A DNA stretch of 64,000 nucleotides, taken from NCBI RefSeq assembly GCF_963921235.1, contig NC_086107.1, positions 93,126,001 through 93,190,000 of the forward strand, read 5' to 3'. Positions 36,973 to 49,603 of the stretch are shown here, in pieces. The stretch's first letter is position 1; each line of letters starts with the position of its first letter. A program made the position numbers and the translations under genes. The notes beneath the pieces were generated by a model that was given only the letters and a program-made list of their open reading frames with translations, did not search any database and was not told where the DNA came from. The DNA is from Mobula hypostoma. Lineage: Eukaryota.

Positions 36973-37910
36973 CAGGAACAGTTGTTACCCTTCAACCATC
37001 ATGCTCCTGAACCAATGCGGATAACTTCACTCACCTCAACTCTGAACTGATTGCACAACCTATGGACTCATTTTCAAAGACTCTACAACTCATGTTCTCA
37101 GTATTTACTTTTTTACAAACATTAGTATTATCATTATTTGTGCTTGCTAGTATTCTTTTACTTCTTTTACACATTGGCTGTCATAGAAACATCAATGCCC
37201 TTTAATGAAAAATCCTCCAAAAAATAGTGGATACGGCCCAGTCCATCCCAGGTAAAGCCCACCCAACCATTGAGCACATTTACATGAAACGGTGTTGCAG
37301 GAAAGCAGCATCCATCATCAGGGACCCCTACCACCCAGGTCATGCTCTCTTTTCACTAGGTGCCATCAGAAAGAAGGTACAGGAGCCCCAGGACTCACTC
37401 CACCAGGTTCAGGAACAGTTATTACCCCTCAACCATCAGGCTCTTGAACCAGAGGGATAGCTTCACTCATCTTTACTTGCCTCATCATTGAAATGTTCCA
37501 AAAACCAATGAACCCTCTTTCAGGGACTCATATTATCAATATTTATTGCTGATTTATTTAATATTATTGTTGTTTCTTCTTTTTGTATTTGCACAGTTTG
37601 TTGTCTTCTGCACTCTGGTTGAATGCCCTAGTTGGGCAGTCTTTCATTGATTCTGTTACAGTTATTATTCTATAGATTTGTTGAGTATGCCCACAAGAAA
37701 ATGAATCTCAGGGTTGTATATGGTGACATAGGCATACGTGCTTTGATAATAAATTTACTTTGAACTTTGTTGGTCTTTGTTTCCACATAGTTTGTCATGG
37801 GTTGGATGGTATTTCTTTGTTCTACTGTGAACACCTGCATGAGAGTGAATCTCAGGGTACTATATGATGACATATACATACTTTGATTATAAATTTACTT
37901 TGAACTTTGA
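36973..37910 (+). mobile_element. Nested Rex1/Babar 3' fragments
   Basis: KAASIIRDPYHPGHALFSL and two complete tails ending ttgataataaatttactttgaactttg. Confidence 0.8.
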
Positions 37911-38403
37911 ACGGTTTTAGATCTGCGGTTCTCTCTGACATTCTGCGGACCTCTCATTAAGTGGATGATAAGCATTAGTTTGTTTTTGTACTGCTGTCTC
38001 ATTAACCATTTGTATTTCTTCCTGTATTGCACACCTTACATAACTCTATTAAAGTGAATGATTTCTTGTGCCTTAACATGTGTACAGTGACTCCTTTGCT
38101 CGCAAATACATATGCGAATGCCCCTGGCTGAATCAGAAAAGAACACAATACCTTTCGTTACATGATCCATTAAGAAAAAGAAAGACAAAGAGAAAACAAT
38201 CAAACTAATTTCTGTCATCACCACACTTCCCTAAATTTATTCACCATATTTGGTTGTTACTTCACTGGCAAATGAACATCTGGAAACAGCACTGATGTGC
38301 ACCAAGTTCACACTGTGGTGGTTAGTCAGAGTATCCCCTACATTCTGAAAGTAGCTAATTTCTCTGCTCTACCCCATCCCTTATGAGTTTAACTCCAAGT
38401 ATA

Positions 38404-38954
38404 CACTCAGTGGCCACTTTTGTTAGTTGTAGCTAATAAAGTGGACACTGAGTTTATGCTCATGGTTTTCTGCTGCTGTAACCCATCCACTTGAAGGTTC
38501 AACATGTTGTCCATTCAGAGAAGCTCTTCTGCACACTGCCATTGTAATGCATGATTATTTGAGTACTGTCCTGGCAGCTTGAACCAGTCTGGCCATTCTC
38601 CTCTGACCTCTAATTAACAAGGCATTTTTGCCCACAGAACTGCTGCTCACTGGATGTTTTTTATTTGCTTTTCACACCATTCTCTGTACACCCTAGAAAC
38701 TGTTGTGCGCAAAAATCCCAGGAGATCAGCACTTTCTGAAATAGTCAAACCACCCCATTTCCAGGAATCCAACAACAACCATTCCATGGTCAAAGTCACT
38801 TAGATCACACCTCTTCCTCATTCTGATGTTTTGTCTGAACAACAGCTGAGCCTCTTGACTATGTCTGCATGCTTTTATGCATTGACTTGCTGCCTCATGA
38901 TTGGCTGATTAAATATTTGCCTAAATGAGCAGGTGTACAGGTGGCCACTAAGTG
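38404..38954 (-). mobile_element. Non-autonomous Tc1-like transposon
   Basis: TA-flanked TIRs CACTCAGTGGCCAC / GTGGCCACTAAGTG. Minus-strand transposase N-terminus CDLSDFDHGMVV..ADLLGF.RTTVSRVYREWCEK..RGQRRMARLVQA. Confidence 0.88.
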
Positions 38955-39294
38955 TAGATCAAAAACTTTTAATCTTTCAACGCATAGAAGAGTGGCTCCT
39001 TAGCTCAAAAGCTGTGCGCACAAAAATGAAAAATGTTCAATGTTTTTTTTACAATTTTACTCTCTCTTGGTAGCAGTTCTTTAAATTGACTGAAGAGGTT
39101 TGGAAGCAATATAGAAAATTATTGAACCATAAAATTTTAAAACCTTGCTTTGTTGTATAAGGAGACAATTCCCTGTCAACAGCTTTTGAACTGGGTTGCA
39201 AATAGACTTTGCCAGTCCAAAGAGCTAATGGCCATAAATTATTACTGAAACCATACTCATCAGGTGAATAACATAGGTACAAAAGGAAGATTCC

Positions 39295-39530
39295 AATGTG
39301 CCTTTATATATTTATGACATCAGGCTATCCCAAAGCACTTCACGGCCAATGATGCATTCTCTGATTGGAGTCATTGTTGTGTTGTATGGAATGTGAGAGC
39401 AAGGCTGTGCTCAACAATGTCCTACCCACAGTAATGGTAAGTGACCAGATAACACCTCTTTGAGATGTCAACTGATGACAAAGTAACCTATGTTGATTGG
39501 GACAGACTTCCTCGTAATAGTTACCACAGA
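39295..39530 (-). mobile_element. Old Deu-SINE relic (another at about 56060-56270)
   Basis: tcccaaagcacttcacggccaatga...gtgaccagataa resembles the reversed Deu domain, from recall. Confidence 0.5.
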
Positions 39531-41740
39531 TTCATAGAGTGTAGAGTACAATGGCACAGAAAGGTATCCTGGGCTTACCTAGTCTGTGCCAAACTGTTAT
39601 TCTGCTTAGTCCCATTGACATGCTCTTAGACCACAGCCCTCTATACCTCTCCCATCCATGTACTTATTCAAATTTCTCTTATATGTTGCAACTGAACCTG
39701 CATTCAGCTCATTCTGCACTCTCACCACCCTCTGCATGACTCAGTTCCTTCTCCGGTTCCTCTAAAATATTTCACCTTTCACCCCTAACCCATAACCTCT
39801 AGTTCTAGTCTCATCAAACCTCAGTGGAAAAAGCCTGCTTGAATTTACCCCGTCTATACCCTTCACAATTCTGTATACCTCTATCAAAACTCACCTCATT
39901 CTCCAATGCTCCAGGGAAAAGAAGCCCTAACCTAGTCAACCTTTCCCTAGAACTCAGATCCTCAAGTCCTGGCAATATCCTTCTCAAGTTTCTGTGTACG
40001 CTTTCAATCTTATTGATTTCTTTCCTGTAGGGAGGTGACCAGAACTCCACACAATTTGGTGTCTGATTGATGAAGGCCAATGTCCCAAAAGTTCTCTTTA
40101 CAATCCTGTCTTCCTGTGATGCCAATTCCAAGGAATTATGGATCAGTATTCCCAGATTTCTCTGTCTACGACACTCCTCAATATCCTACCATTCACTCCC
40201 AAAGTGCAACACCACACACTTGTCTGCATTAAATTCCATCTATTTTTCCAGAAATCAGAAGACAATTTCTCCTGCCCGTACACCCGCAACCTCTCTCCAA
40301 ATAATCTTTGTGATGCTCCCTGCATATGACAATGTTTTCTTTCACTCAATTTCCTTTCCTTTCCTCAGTTACAGTATTTGAGTCACAGACACATACAATA
40401 CAGATATATGCCCTTTGGCCCATCCAGCCGATGCTGACTACAGTGCCCACCCAGCTAGTCTCAATTTCCTGCGTTCAGCCAATATCCCTCGAAGCCTTAT
40501 CCCTCCATGTTCCTATCCAAGTGCTTCGCAAATGATACATTTCGACCTGCCTCAACCACTCCCTCTGGTAGCTTATTCAATATACTCACCATCCTCTGTG
40601 TGATAAAAATCCCTTCCAAGTCTTCCCCTCTCACCCTAAACTTATGCCCCTAGTTTTGGATTCCCCCACCTCAGGCAAAAGGCTGTTTCCGTATACCTAA
40701 TCTATATCTCCCATAATTTCAAACAATTCTCTCTGGTTGCCACTCATTCTCCTAAGATCTAATGAATAAAGTCTTAACTTGGCCAGCCTCTCCCTATAAT
40801 TCAGGCTCTCTAATCCTGGCAACATCCCCATAAATTCTTACTGCGCTCTTTCCAGTTAGTCACATCTTTTTTATAACAGGTTGATCAAAATTATACGCAG
40901 TACTCCAAGTCCAGCCTCTCCAGAGTCATAGAGGACTACAGCCCAGAAACAGGCATTTCAGCCCATCCAGACCATACTGGCCAAGTTTTCTGCCCAATCC
41001 CATCAAGCTGCACCGTGCCGACACCCCTCTCTTCCATGCACCTATCCAAACATCTCCTAAGTGTTACAAGTGAACCCACATCTACCACTTCCACTGGTAG
41101 CTTACTCCAAATTCACACCATCCTCTGAGAGAAGAAGATCCCCTTCAATATTTCACCTTTCACCCTAAACCTATGACCTCTTGTTTTAGTCTCACCCAAC
41201 CTGAGGGTAAACATCCTGCATATATTTACCCTATCTATACTCCTCATAATTTTGCGTACCTCCATCAAATTTCCCCTTGTTGTTCTACCCTCCAGAGAAT
41301 AAAGTCCTGACCTGTTCAAGCTTTCCCTGTAACTCAGGTTCTCAAGCCCCCGGCAACTTCCTTGTAGATTTTCTCTGCACTCATTCAATCTTATTGATAT
41401 CTTTCTTCTAGGTAGGTGACCAAAACTGCACACAATACTCCAAATTAGGCCTCACCAGTGTCTTCTACAACTTCAACGTAACGTCCCAACTCCTGTACTC
41501 AATACTCTGAAATATGAAGGTGAACATGCCAAAATCTCTCTCTGCAACCCTATCGACCCATACTGCCACTTTGAAGGAGTTATGGAGTTGCATTCACAGA
41601 TCAGTTTGTCCTATGCTATACCCCAAAGCCCTACCATTCACAGCGTATGCCCTCCCAAAGTACAGAACTCACAGCTCTCTGTATTAAATTCCAGCTGCCA
41701 TTTTTTCTGCACATTTTTCCCGCTGGTCGAGGTCACCTTG
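39530..41740 (-). mobile_element. Cluster of three CR1 3' fragments (about 39530-40240, 40390-40920, 40925-41740)
   Basis: Repeated FWSP, RLNRLGL and TRGH motifs and CR1 3'UTRs on the minus strand. Confidence 0.85.
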
Positions 41741-41764
41741 CAGGCAGAAAGTTATACTTTAGGA

Positions 41765-42070
41765 CGCCATGGTAGTGTAGCAGTTCGTGTAAACATTTAC
41801 AGCGCTAGTTGTAAGATCTGATTTCAACTGTTGTCGCAGCCTGTAAGGAAATTGTATGTTCTCCCTGGGTGCTCCGGTTTGCTCCCACGTTGCAAAGACA
41901 TACGGTACCGGTCAGGGTTAGTGACTTGTGGGCATGCTACGTTGGCACCGGAAGCGGGGTGGCGCTTGTTCTCAGCGCATTCCTCGCTGATTTGATTTGA
42001 TGCAGTGGACGCATTTCACACTACGTTTTGATGTTCCCATGAACGTCTGACAAGTAAAGCTAGTCTCTTT
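41765..42070 (+). mobile_element. V-SINE, tail type 2
   Basis: Degenerate head, gggtgctccggtttgctcccac core, tail gcatttcac...gacaagtaaagcta. Confidence 0.7.
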
Positions 42071-42264
42071 GCTGCAGTTTCAGTGAATACAGTGCTCAAG
42101 CCACATTCTCTACTTGAGTCTGATCATTTAATAATGGATCCCAACCACTCAAACTTATGTCAAGTTATGGCTCAGAGTGACTGACCCTTCTTAACTTTCA
42201 GCAGTCAAGACTTGTTCATGCCCCTTATTTCAATCTTTGTGCTGATTACTTACAACACAGACCA

Positions 42265-42795
42265 CAGAAGACCTTAAGACATAGGAGCAGAATTAGGCCA
42301 TTCAGCCCATCGAGTCTGCTCCACCATTCCATCATGGCTGATTTATTATCCCTCTCCTGCCTCCTCCCCATAAACTTTAATATCCTTACAAAATCATCAA
42401 CCTATCAACCTCCGCTTTAAATATATCTAATGATTTGGCCTACTCAGCCATCTGTGGCAATAAATTCCATAGATTCACCATGCTCTGGCTAAAGAAATTC
42501 CTTTTTATCTCCTTTATAAAGAGATATCTCTGTATTCTGAAGCTGTGCCCTCTGGTCTTAGGCCCTCCCAATATAGGAAAATCCTCTCCACGTCTTTCAA
42601 TATTTGACAGGTTTCAATAAGATCTTCCCCTCATTCTTTTAAAGTCCAATGAGTACAAGTCCAGATACATCAACTACTCCTCATACACTAATCCTTTTAT
42701 TCCCAGAAACATTCTTGTGAACCTCCTCTGGACCCTCTCCAATGCCAGCACATTCTCTCTTGGATAAGAGGCCCAAAACTGTTCATAATGCTCCA
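42265..42795 (-). mobile_element. CR1 3' fragment
   Basis: ataggagcagaattaggccattcagcccatcgagtctgc 3'UTR and ORF end. Confidence 0.85.
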
Positions 42796-42797
42796 AG

Positions 42798-44710
42798 GTA
42801 ACACACATAAAATGCGGGAGGAGCTCGGCAGGTCAGTCAGCACTTATGGAAATTAATAAACAGTTGATGTTTCAGGCCAAGACTCTTCTTCAGGACTGAG
42901 AAGGAAGGAAGAAGATGTCAGAATAAAAAGGTGGGGGAAAGGGAAGGCTAGCTGTAAGGTGATAGCTGAAACCAGGTGTGTGAGGAAGATCAAGAGCTGG
43001 AGGAAAAGGAATCTGAAAAGAAAACAGAGTGGACCACAGGAGAAGGGGAAGGAGGAAGGGACCCGGGGGAAGGGATAGGTAGGTGAGAGGAGGTGAAAGG
43101 TCAGAGTGGGGATTAGAGGAAGTGGGGGGGGGGGTTACCGGAAGAAATCATTATTCATCCCATCAGGTTAGAATATAAGGTGTTACTCCTCTACCTTGAG
43201 GGTAGTCTCATCTTGGCACAAGAGGAGGTCATGGATGGACATGTCAGAACAAGAATGGGAATCGGAATTAAAATGTTTGGCCACCAGCAAACTCCACTTG
43301 TGGCGGATGCAGCGAGGTAGTCAATAAAACAGTTCCCCAATTTAAGACAGGTCTCACCACTGTAGAGGAGGCTGCACTGGGACCACCGAACATGATAGAC
43401 GGCCCCAGTAGTTTCGCAGGTGAAGTGCTGCCTCACCTGGAAGGACTGTTTGGGAATCTGAATTGATGTGGGAGAGGAGGTGTATGGGTAGGTGTAGCAC
43501 TTGGCCCCTTGCAGGGGTAAGTGCCAGGAGGGAGATTAATGGGGATGAGTGGATAAGGGAATTGCGAAGGGAGCAAACCTGAGGAAAGTTGAGGGGGGGG
43601 AGGTAAAGATTCATTTAGTGGTAGGATCCCTTTGGAGATGGTGGAAGTTGTGGAGGATAATGTGTTGGATGCGGAGGCCAACAGGGTGGTAGGTAAGGAA
43701 CTCTACCACTGTTATATATGTGGTGAGCACGGTTGCCTGGGAAATGGAGGAAGTGCAGGTGAGAGCAGCTTCAATAGTGGAGGGAGGGAAACCCCGTTCT
43801 TCGAAGAAGGAGGACACCTCTGATATCCTAGAGTGGAAAGCTGCAAACGGGGAACAGGTGCAGCCGAGGTGAAGGCACTGAAAAAAAAAGAAAAGAATGT
43901 TTTTACTGGAGACAGGGTGGGAAGAGGTATAGTCAAGACAACTATGGGAATCAGTAGGTTTATAAAAGATGCCATTTGACAGTTTGTCTCCAGAGATGGA
44001 GACAGAGAGATCGAGAAAGGGGAAGGAGGTGTCAGAGATGGACCAAGGCACAGGGTAGAAGTTAGAGGTAAAGTCAATAAATTTGACGAGCTTTGCATGG
44101 GTGCATGAAGCAGTACCAATACAGTCATCACTGTAGGAAGAGTTGGGGAAGGCTTCGAATATGGACTGTTCTACGTAGCCAGTGAAGAGGCGGGCATAAC
44201 TGGGGCCCAGGTGAGTACACAGGGCTAACCCTTGAGCTTGGAGAAAGTGGTAAATGCTGAAAGACAAGTTGTGGAGGATTAGGACCAGTTCTTCAAAATA
44301 GAGCAGGATGGTGGTGGAGGGGAATTGGTTGTTTCTTTTGTTTGGAAAGAAGTGGAGAGTTTTGACTGCTTCTTGTTGGAGGGTAGAAGTGTACAGGGAC
44401 TGATCATCCATGGTGAAGATGGGGCAGTCAGGGCCAGGGAATTGAAAGTTACTGAGGGGATTAAGGCCATGAGAAGTGTTGCAAATGTAGACGGGAAGGG
44501 ACTAAACCAAGGGGCATGAAATGGAATCAACATATGAAGACACAAGTTCAATGGGGCAGGAGCAGGCAGAGACAATAGGCCTACCCAGACAGTCCATTTT
44601 GTGGACCTTGGGTAGGAGGTAGAAGTGTACAGGGTAAGTGAACTACGAGGTTGGTGGCAGTGGATGGGAGTTCACCAGAGTTGTTGAGGTCAATGATGGT
44701 GAGGGAAAGA
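42798..44710 (-). mobile_element. Penelope-like element (RT + GIY-YIG, decayed) with terminal repeat
   Basis: ORF 43611-44411 MD..SLYT, GPSYA, YSDD, FLD, YKPTD. ORF 43191-43436 GAVY..CSLLYSGET. Terminal repeat at 42800-42900. Confidence 0.9.
42861..42898 (-). ncRNA. Minimal hammerhead ribozyme motif in a PLE terminal repeat
   Basis: Minus strand: cagtc CTGAAGA agagtcttggcct GAAACATC aactg. Core boxes intact, stems partly decayed. Confidence 0.55.
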
Positions 44711-45719
44711 GTTTTCTGAGAGTCTCTTAAATGTTCCTATTATATCTGCCTCTACCACCACCCTTGACATCGTGGTCCACACACCCACTACAAAAATCTT
44801 ACCCCTTATACCCCACCCCATAGAACATAGAACCAAGTGCAAAACAGCACATTACAGGACCTTCAGCCCACAATGTTATGCCAACCTTTAAACCTACTCC
44901 AAGTTCAATCTAACCTTTCTCTCCCATGTAACACTCCACTTCTCATTCCTCCATGTGCCTATCTAACTGTCCCTAACATATCTGCATCTACTATCACCCA
45001 CTGGCAATGCTGCACTGACCACAACAAAATCCACCTCTGACATCTCCCCTGTACTTTCCTCCAATCACTTTAAAATTATGGCCTCTTGTATTAGCCATTG
45101 CTGCCCTGTCTGCACTCTCTGTGCCTCTTTCAATCTTGTACACCTCTCCTCTGCTCCAACTGGGAAAATAAACACATTTCTTCAGCACTTTCTGCGGTAT
45201 CTGAGTCCTCCCTAATTTGGCAATCAATATCCCAGTGCCCTCAATGTCTGAACTTATATAGGTTATGTAAATTGAAAATATCAGCCCTCCTTGACTCTGA
45301 AGTTACTCCTTTAATGTCACTGTTGCTTTCTGCATTGTAGTTAGTCTCTTATCCTTTCCCAGGTTTTCCCTGAGTCCCCGATAGCTCTGTCGTTAATTAA
45401 TAGCTTTTCATATGAAACTTTAGCGAAGTATCAGAGATGAGAGACTTTAATTGCCCAGAGGAATTGGAAAGCATTTAACACGTTTTCAGATCATGAGAAT
45501 CTAAGAAAGGACATCAACGGCTTCTCTAAAAACCAGAAGTTTCCAAACCTGAGAAGTAGAGAGAGGAGAAGGTTATCAGAGAAGAGAAGAGCATAAAGAA
45601 CATACTTGACCATGATACGTAATATTCATTGCAAGGTACCTGACCTCAAGATGCAATAAATGTTTGCAAGGACTAATGAAAGGATCATCAGTGTCTCTCT
45701 TTCACAGATCCAATGCACA

Positions 45720-46140
45720 GGCCCAATGATCCCTCCCATCCATTCCACCATCTCCTTGACCCCACCTCCCCTACCCTAGCATCGGGCCGGTGGTACTGAA
45801 GCATTGGAACAAGGACTGTTAGGATAGGAAACAACTACTTCCCCAGGCCATGACACTGCTGAACTCTCTGCCACCACCCAGGTCTCATCACCTATGAAGG
45901 ACCAGTTGCATTATACTGTTCACTTTATAACTTGTACCTTACATGTACTTCTTAAATGCACCTTATGCTAAATATCAATCTTCTGGAATATATTTTATTA
46001 TTCGCTAATCTATTTGTGGTAATATTACTTTATGTGTTGTATTGGAGTTACATATATTGTTGAGCACCTTGTCCCAGAGGAACATTGCTTCATTTGTACA
46101 TGTGTACAGTTGACAGTAAACTTGAACTTGAATTTGAAGT
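45720..46140 (+). mobile_element. Rex/Babar-like LINE 3' end
   Basis: DPSHP..YPSIGPVVLKHWNKD-type decayed ORF end and taaacttgaacttgaa tail. Confidence 0.55.
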
Positions 46141-46339
46141 TAAAGATTTGACTATAGGGGTTGACAAAGTGACAAAGAGCCTCAGGATTCAACCTAATGC
46201 ATCATACAACCATTGATGGAAAAAAAAACTTTGAAAAACAAACATCAAAAACTGTGAAAGGAACAGACTACTAATACTTCTGAACCTGCTCTACTGTTCA
46301 GAACGACTCGATGGGCCAAATGGCTTAATTCTGGTCAGA

Positions 46340-48810
46340 GAGCTACAGACAAATATAGCACAGGAACAAGCCCTTTGGTGAAACCACGCTAAAACCATTT
46401 AGACTGCCTACCCCCTTCGACTTGAACAGAGGCCACAACCGTCCATACCCCTACTATCCATGTACCTACCCAAGCTTCTCTTAAATGTTGAAATCAAGTT
46501 TGCATGCACCACTTGGCTGGCAGCTCTTTCCACGCCCTCATGACCTTCTGAATGAGAAAGTTCCCACTCATGTTCCCCTTAAACTTCTCACCTTTCACCC
46601 TTAACCCATGACCTCTGATTGTAGTCCCACCCGACCTCAGTGGGAAAAGCCTGTTTGCATTTACCCTATCTATACTCCTCTGCACACAATACTCCAGATT
46701 AGGCCTCACCAATATCTTATACAACCTCAACATAACATCCCATCTCCCGTATTCGACACATTAGTTTATGAAGGCCAATGTGCCAAAAGCTTTCTTTACG
46801 ACTCTATCTACCTGTGAAGTCACTTTCAATGAATCATGGACCTGTATTGCCAGATCCGTTTGTTCTACCACACTCCTCAGTGACCTAATATTCCCTAATC
46901 CTAACCCTACCCTGGTTGGTTCTACCAAAGTGCAAAATCTCTCACACGTCTGCACTAAATTCCATGTAGCATTTTTCTAGCTGATGCAGATCTCTTTGCA
47001 AGCCATGATAGCCTTCCTCACTGTCTACTACACCTCCAGTCTTGGTGTCATCCATAAATTTGTAGATCAAGTTCATCACATTATTATCCTGATCATTGAC
47101 ATAGATGACAAACAGCAATGGACCCAGAACCGATCCCTGCGGCACACCACTAGTCACAGACCTCCAATCAGAGAGGCAGCCATCTACTACCACTCACTGG
47201 CTTCTCCCACAAAGCCAGCACCTAATCCCATTTACTACCTCAACTTGAATGCCAAGCAACTGAACCATCTTGACCGACCTCCCATGTGGGACTTTGTCAA
47301 ATGCCTTACAAAAATACATCCAGACAACGTCCACTACCCCGCCTTCATCCACTTTCCTGGTAACTTCCTGAAAAAACTTCATAAAATTGGTTAGACATGT
47401 CCTACCACACACGAAGCTATGCTGACTATCCTTAATCAGTCCATGTCTATCCAAATGCATATATATTTGCTCCCTCAGAATGCCCTCTAATAATGTTCCC
47501 ACAGCCAATGTCAGACTCACTGGCCTATAATTTCGTGATTTATGTATAGGGCCTTTTTGAAACAGCAGAACCACTTTGGCTCTGCTCCAGTCCTTCGGTA
47601 CCTCTCCTATCGCTAAGGATGATATAAATATCTCTGCTAGGGCTCTGGCAATTTCTGCCCCTGCCTCTCATAGGGTCCGAAGGAGCACCCTGTAGCTTTA
47701 CCTACTCTGATTTGCCTCAGGGTAGCAATTACCTCCTCCTCTGTAATCTGTACAGGGTCCATGAAGTTGATGCCACTTTGCCTCAGTCCTATAGACAGTA
47801 TCCATCTCCTGAATAAATACAGATGCAAAGAATGCATTTAAGATCTCTCACATCTGTTTTAGCTCCATACATGGATTACCATTCTGGTCTTCCTGAGGAC
47901 AAATGTTGTCCCCTGCAATTCTTTTTCTCTTAACATATCGATAGAATCTCTTTGGATTCTCCTTCACCTTGTCTGTTAGAGCAACTTCATGCCTTCTTTT
48001 AGCTTTCCTCATTTCTTTCTTAAATATTCTCTTGCATTTCTCATACACCATAAGCACCTCATTTGTTCCTGCTTGCCTATACCTGCTATGCAGCTCCTTT
48101 TACTCCTAACCAGTGCCTCAAAATCTCTTGAAAACCAAGGCTTCCTGCACTTGTTATCTTTACCTTTTGTTCTTTCAGGCACATGAAAGCTTTGTACTCT
48201 CAAAATTTCACGTTTCAAGACCTCCCACTTACCAAGTACACCTTTGCCAGGAAACAGCCTGACCCAATCCACATTTGCCAGATCATTTCTGATATCATCA
48301 AAACTGGCCTTTCTCCAATTTAGAATCTCAACCCACAGACCAGACCTACCTTCTTGTATATTTTGAAAGTAGTGGCATTGTGGTCACTGGATGCAAGGCA
48401 TTCTCCTACACAAACTTCTGTCACCTGCCCTGTCTCATTCCCTAACAGCAGATCCAGAATCACACATTCTCTGGTTGGGGCTTCGACATATTGATGAAGG
48501 AAGCTTTTCTGAAGAGATTTGACATTCTCTATCCCGTCTAGTCCTTTTACAGTGTGGAAGTCCCAGTCAATATGTGGAAAGTTAAGATCACCTACTATAA
48601 CAACCTTATGTTTCTTGCAACAGTCTTTGATTCCTTTACAGGTTTGTTCCTCTAACTCCCTGGACTGTTGGGTGGTCTGTAATATAGTCCCACTAACATT
48701 GTCATATCTTTCTTATTTCTCAGTCCCACCTATAATGCCTCACTAGTTGAGTTCTCTGGTCTGTCATCTGACCTGACGGAGCACTGCTGTGACATTTTCC
48801 CTGACTAGTA
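46340..48810 (-). mobile_element. Decayed CR1 ORF2 (endonuclease C-terminus, RT) to 3' end
   Basis: NYRPVSLT, AFDKVPH, GVPQGSVLGPLLF and FMDDTK. Confidence 0.93.
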
Positions 48811-49249
48811 ACTGGTTCTATGTTTTATGCTCTTAAGATTATGGCTGATCCTCCAAGCACATTTCTTGTACAATCACCATATCTGACAAAGCTCCTAGTA
48901 TCCAATAATCTACGAAACCTAATTGTGAGAATACTCAGTGACTGGGAATCCCCAGCCCTTAGGGACTGAGGATGCTCATGTTTCACTGGCCTTCAAGTGT
49001 ATTATAAAATAAATACCTGTCCTTTAATCCTGACATAATGACCTACAGTTCTCAAATCTCCAGCTTGACAAAACAGTCTCTCTTTCCTTGTCGTATGAAT
49101 CCTTTTCAGAATTGTGCATGCTTCAGTATAATCACACCTTTATAGTGGATATTGGGCTATCCTAATCAATTACCGGAAAGGAAATGCCCCTCATCACCTG
49201 AATCAGTCTGGAGAATGGGTGCGATATGTGAGAGTCCTAAGGGCAGAAG

Positions 49250-49592
49250 AGGTCTCCATCACCTCTGAGAACATCAACAGAAGATGGTGCCTCAAACTTG
49301 CATCATTAAAGACCCTCACCATTCGACACATAACCTTTTCTCATTAGTATCTTCAGCTTGGAGGTACAGTAGCCTGAAGACCCATATCCAACATCTTAAG
49401 AACAGTTTCTTCCTCTCCACCATCAGATTTCTGAACACTCAATGAACCCATGAGCACTATCTCACATTTCCTCTTTTGCACTATTTCGCATTGTAATTCA
49501 TAGTAAATTTTATGTATTTTACTGTACTTCTGTCACACACAACAAACTTGATGACATATGCAGTGACGACAAACCTGATTCTGATTCTGAAC
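49250..49592 (+). mobile_element. Rex1/Babar 3' end
   Basis: IIKDPHH..RYSSLKTH..KNSFF and (ATTCTG) tail. Confidence 0.7.
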
Positions 49593-49603
49593 TGTATAAT
49601 GTC

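Noticed and set aside
43611..44411. Longest ORF (266 aa) as a functional or domesticated RT
   Set aside because: The catalytic motif is degenerate (YSDD) with nearby deletions, and neighbouring frames are broken. It is a decayed PLE.
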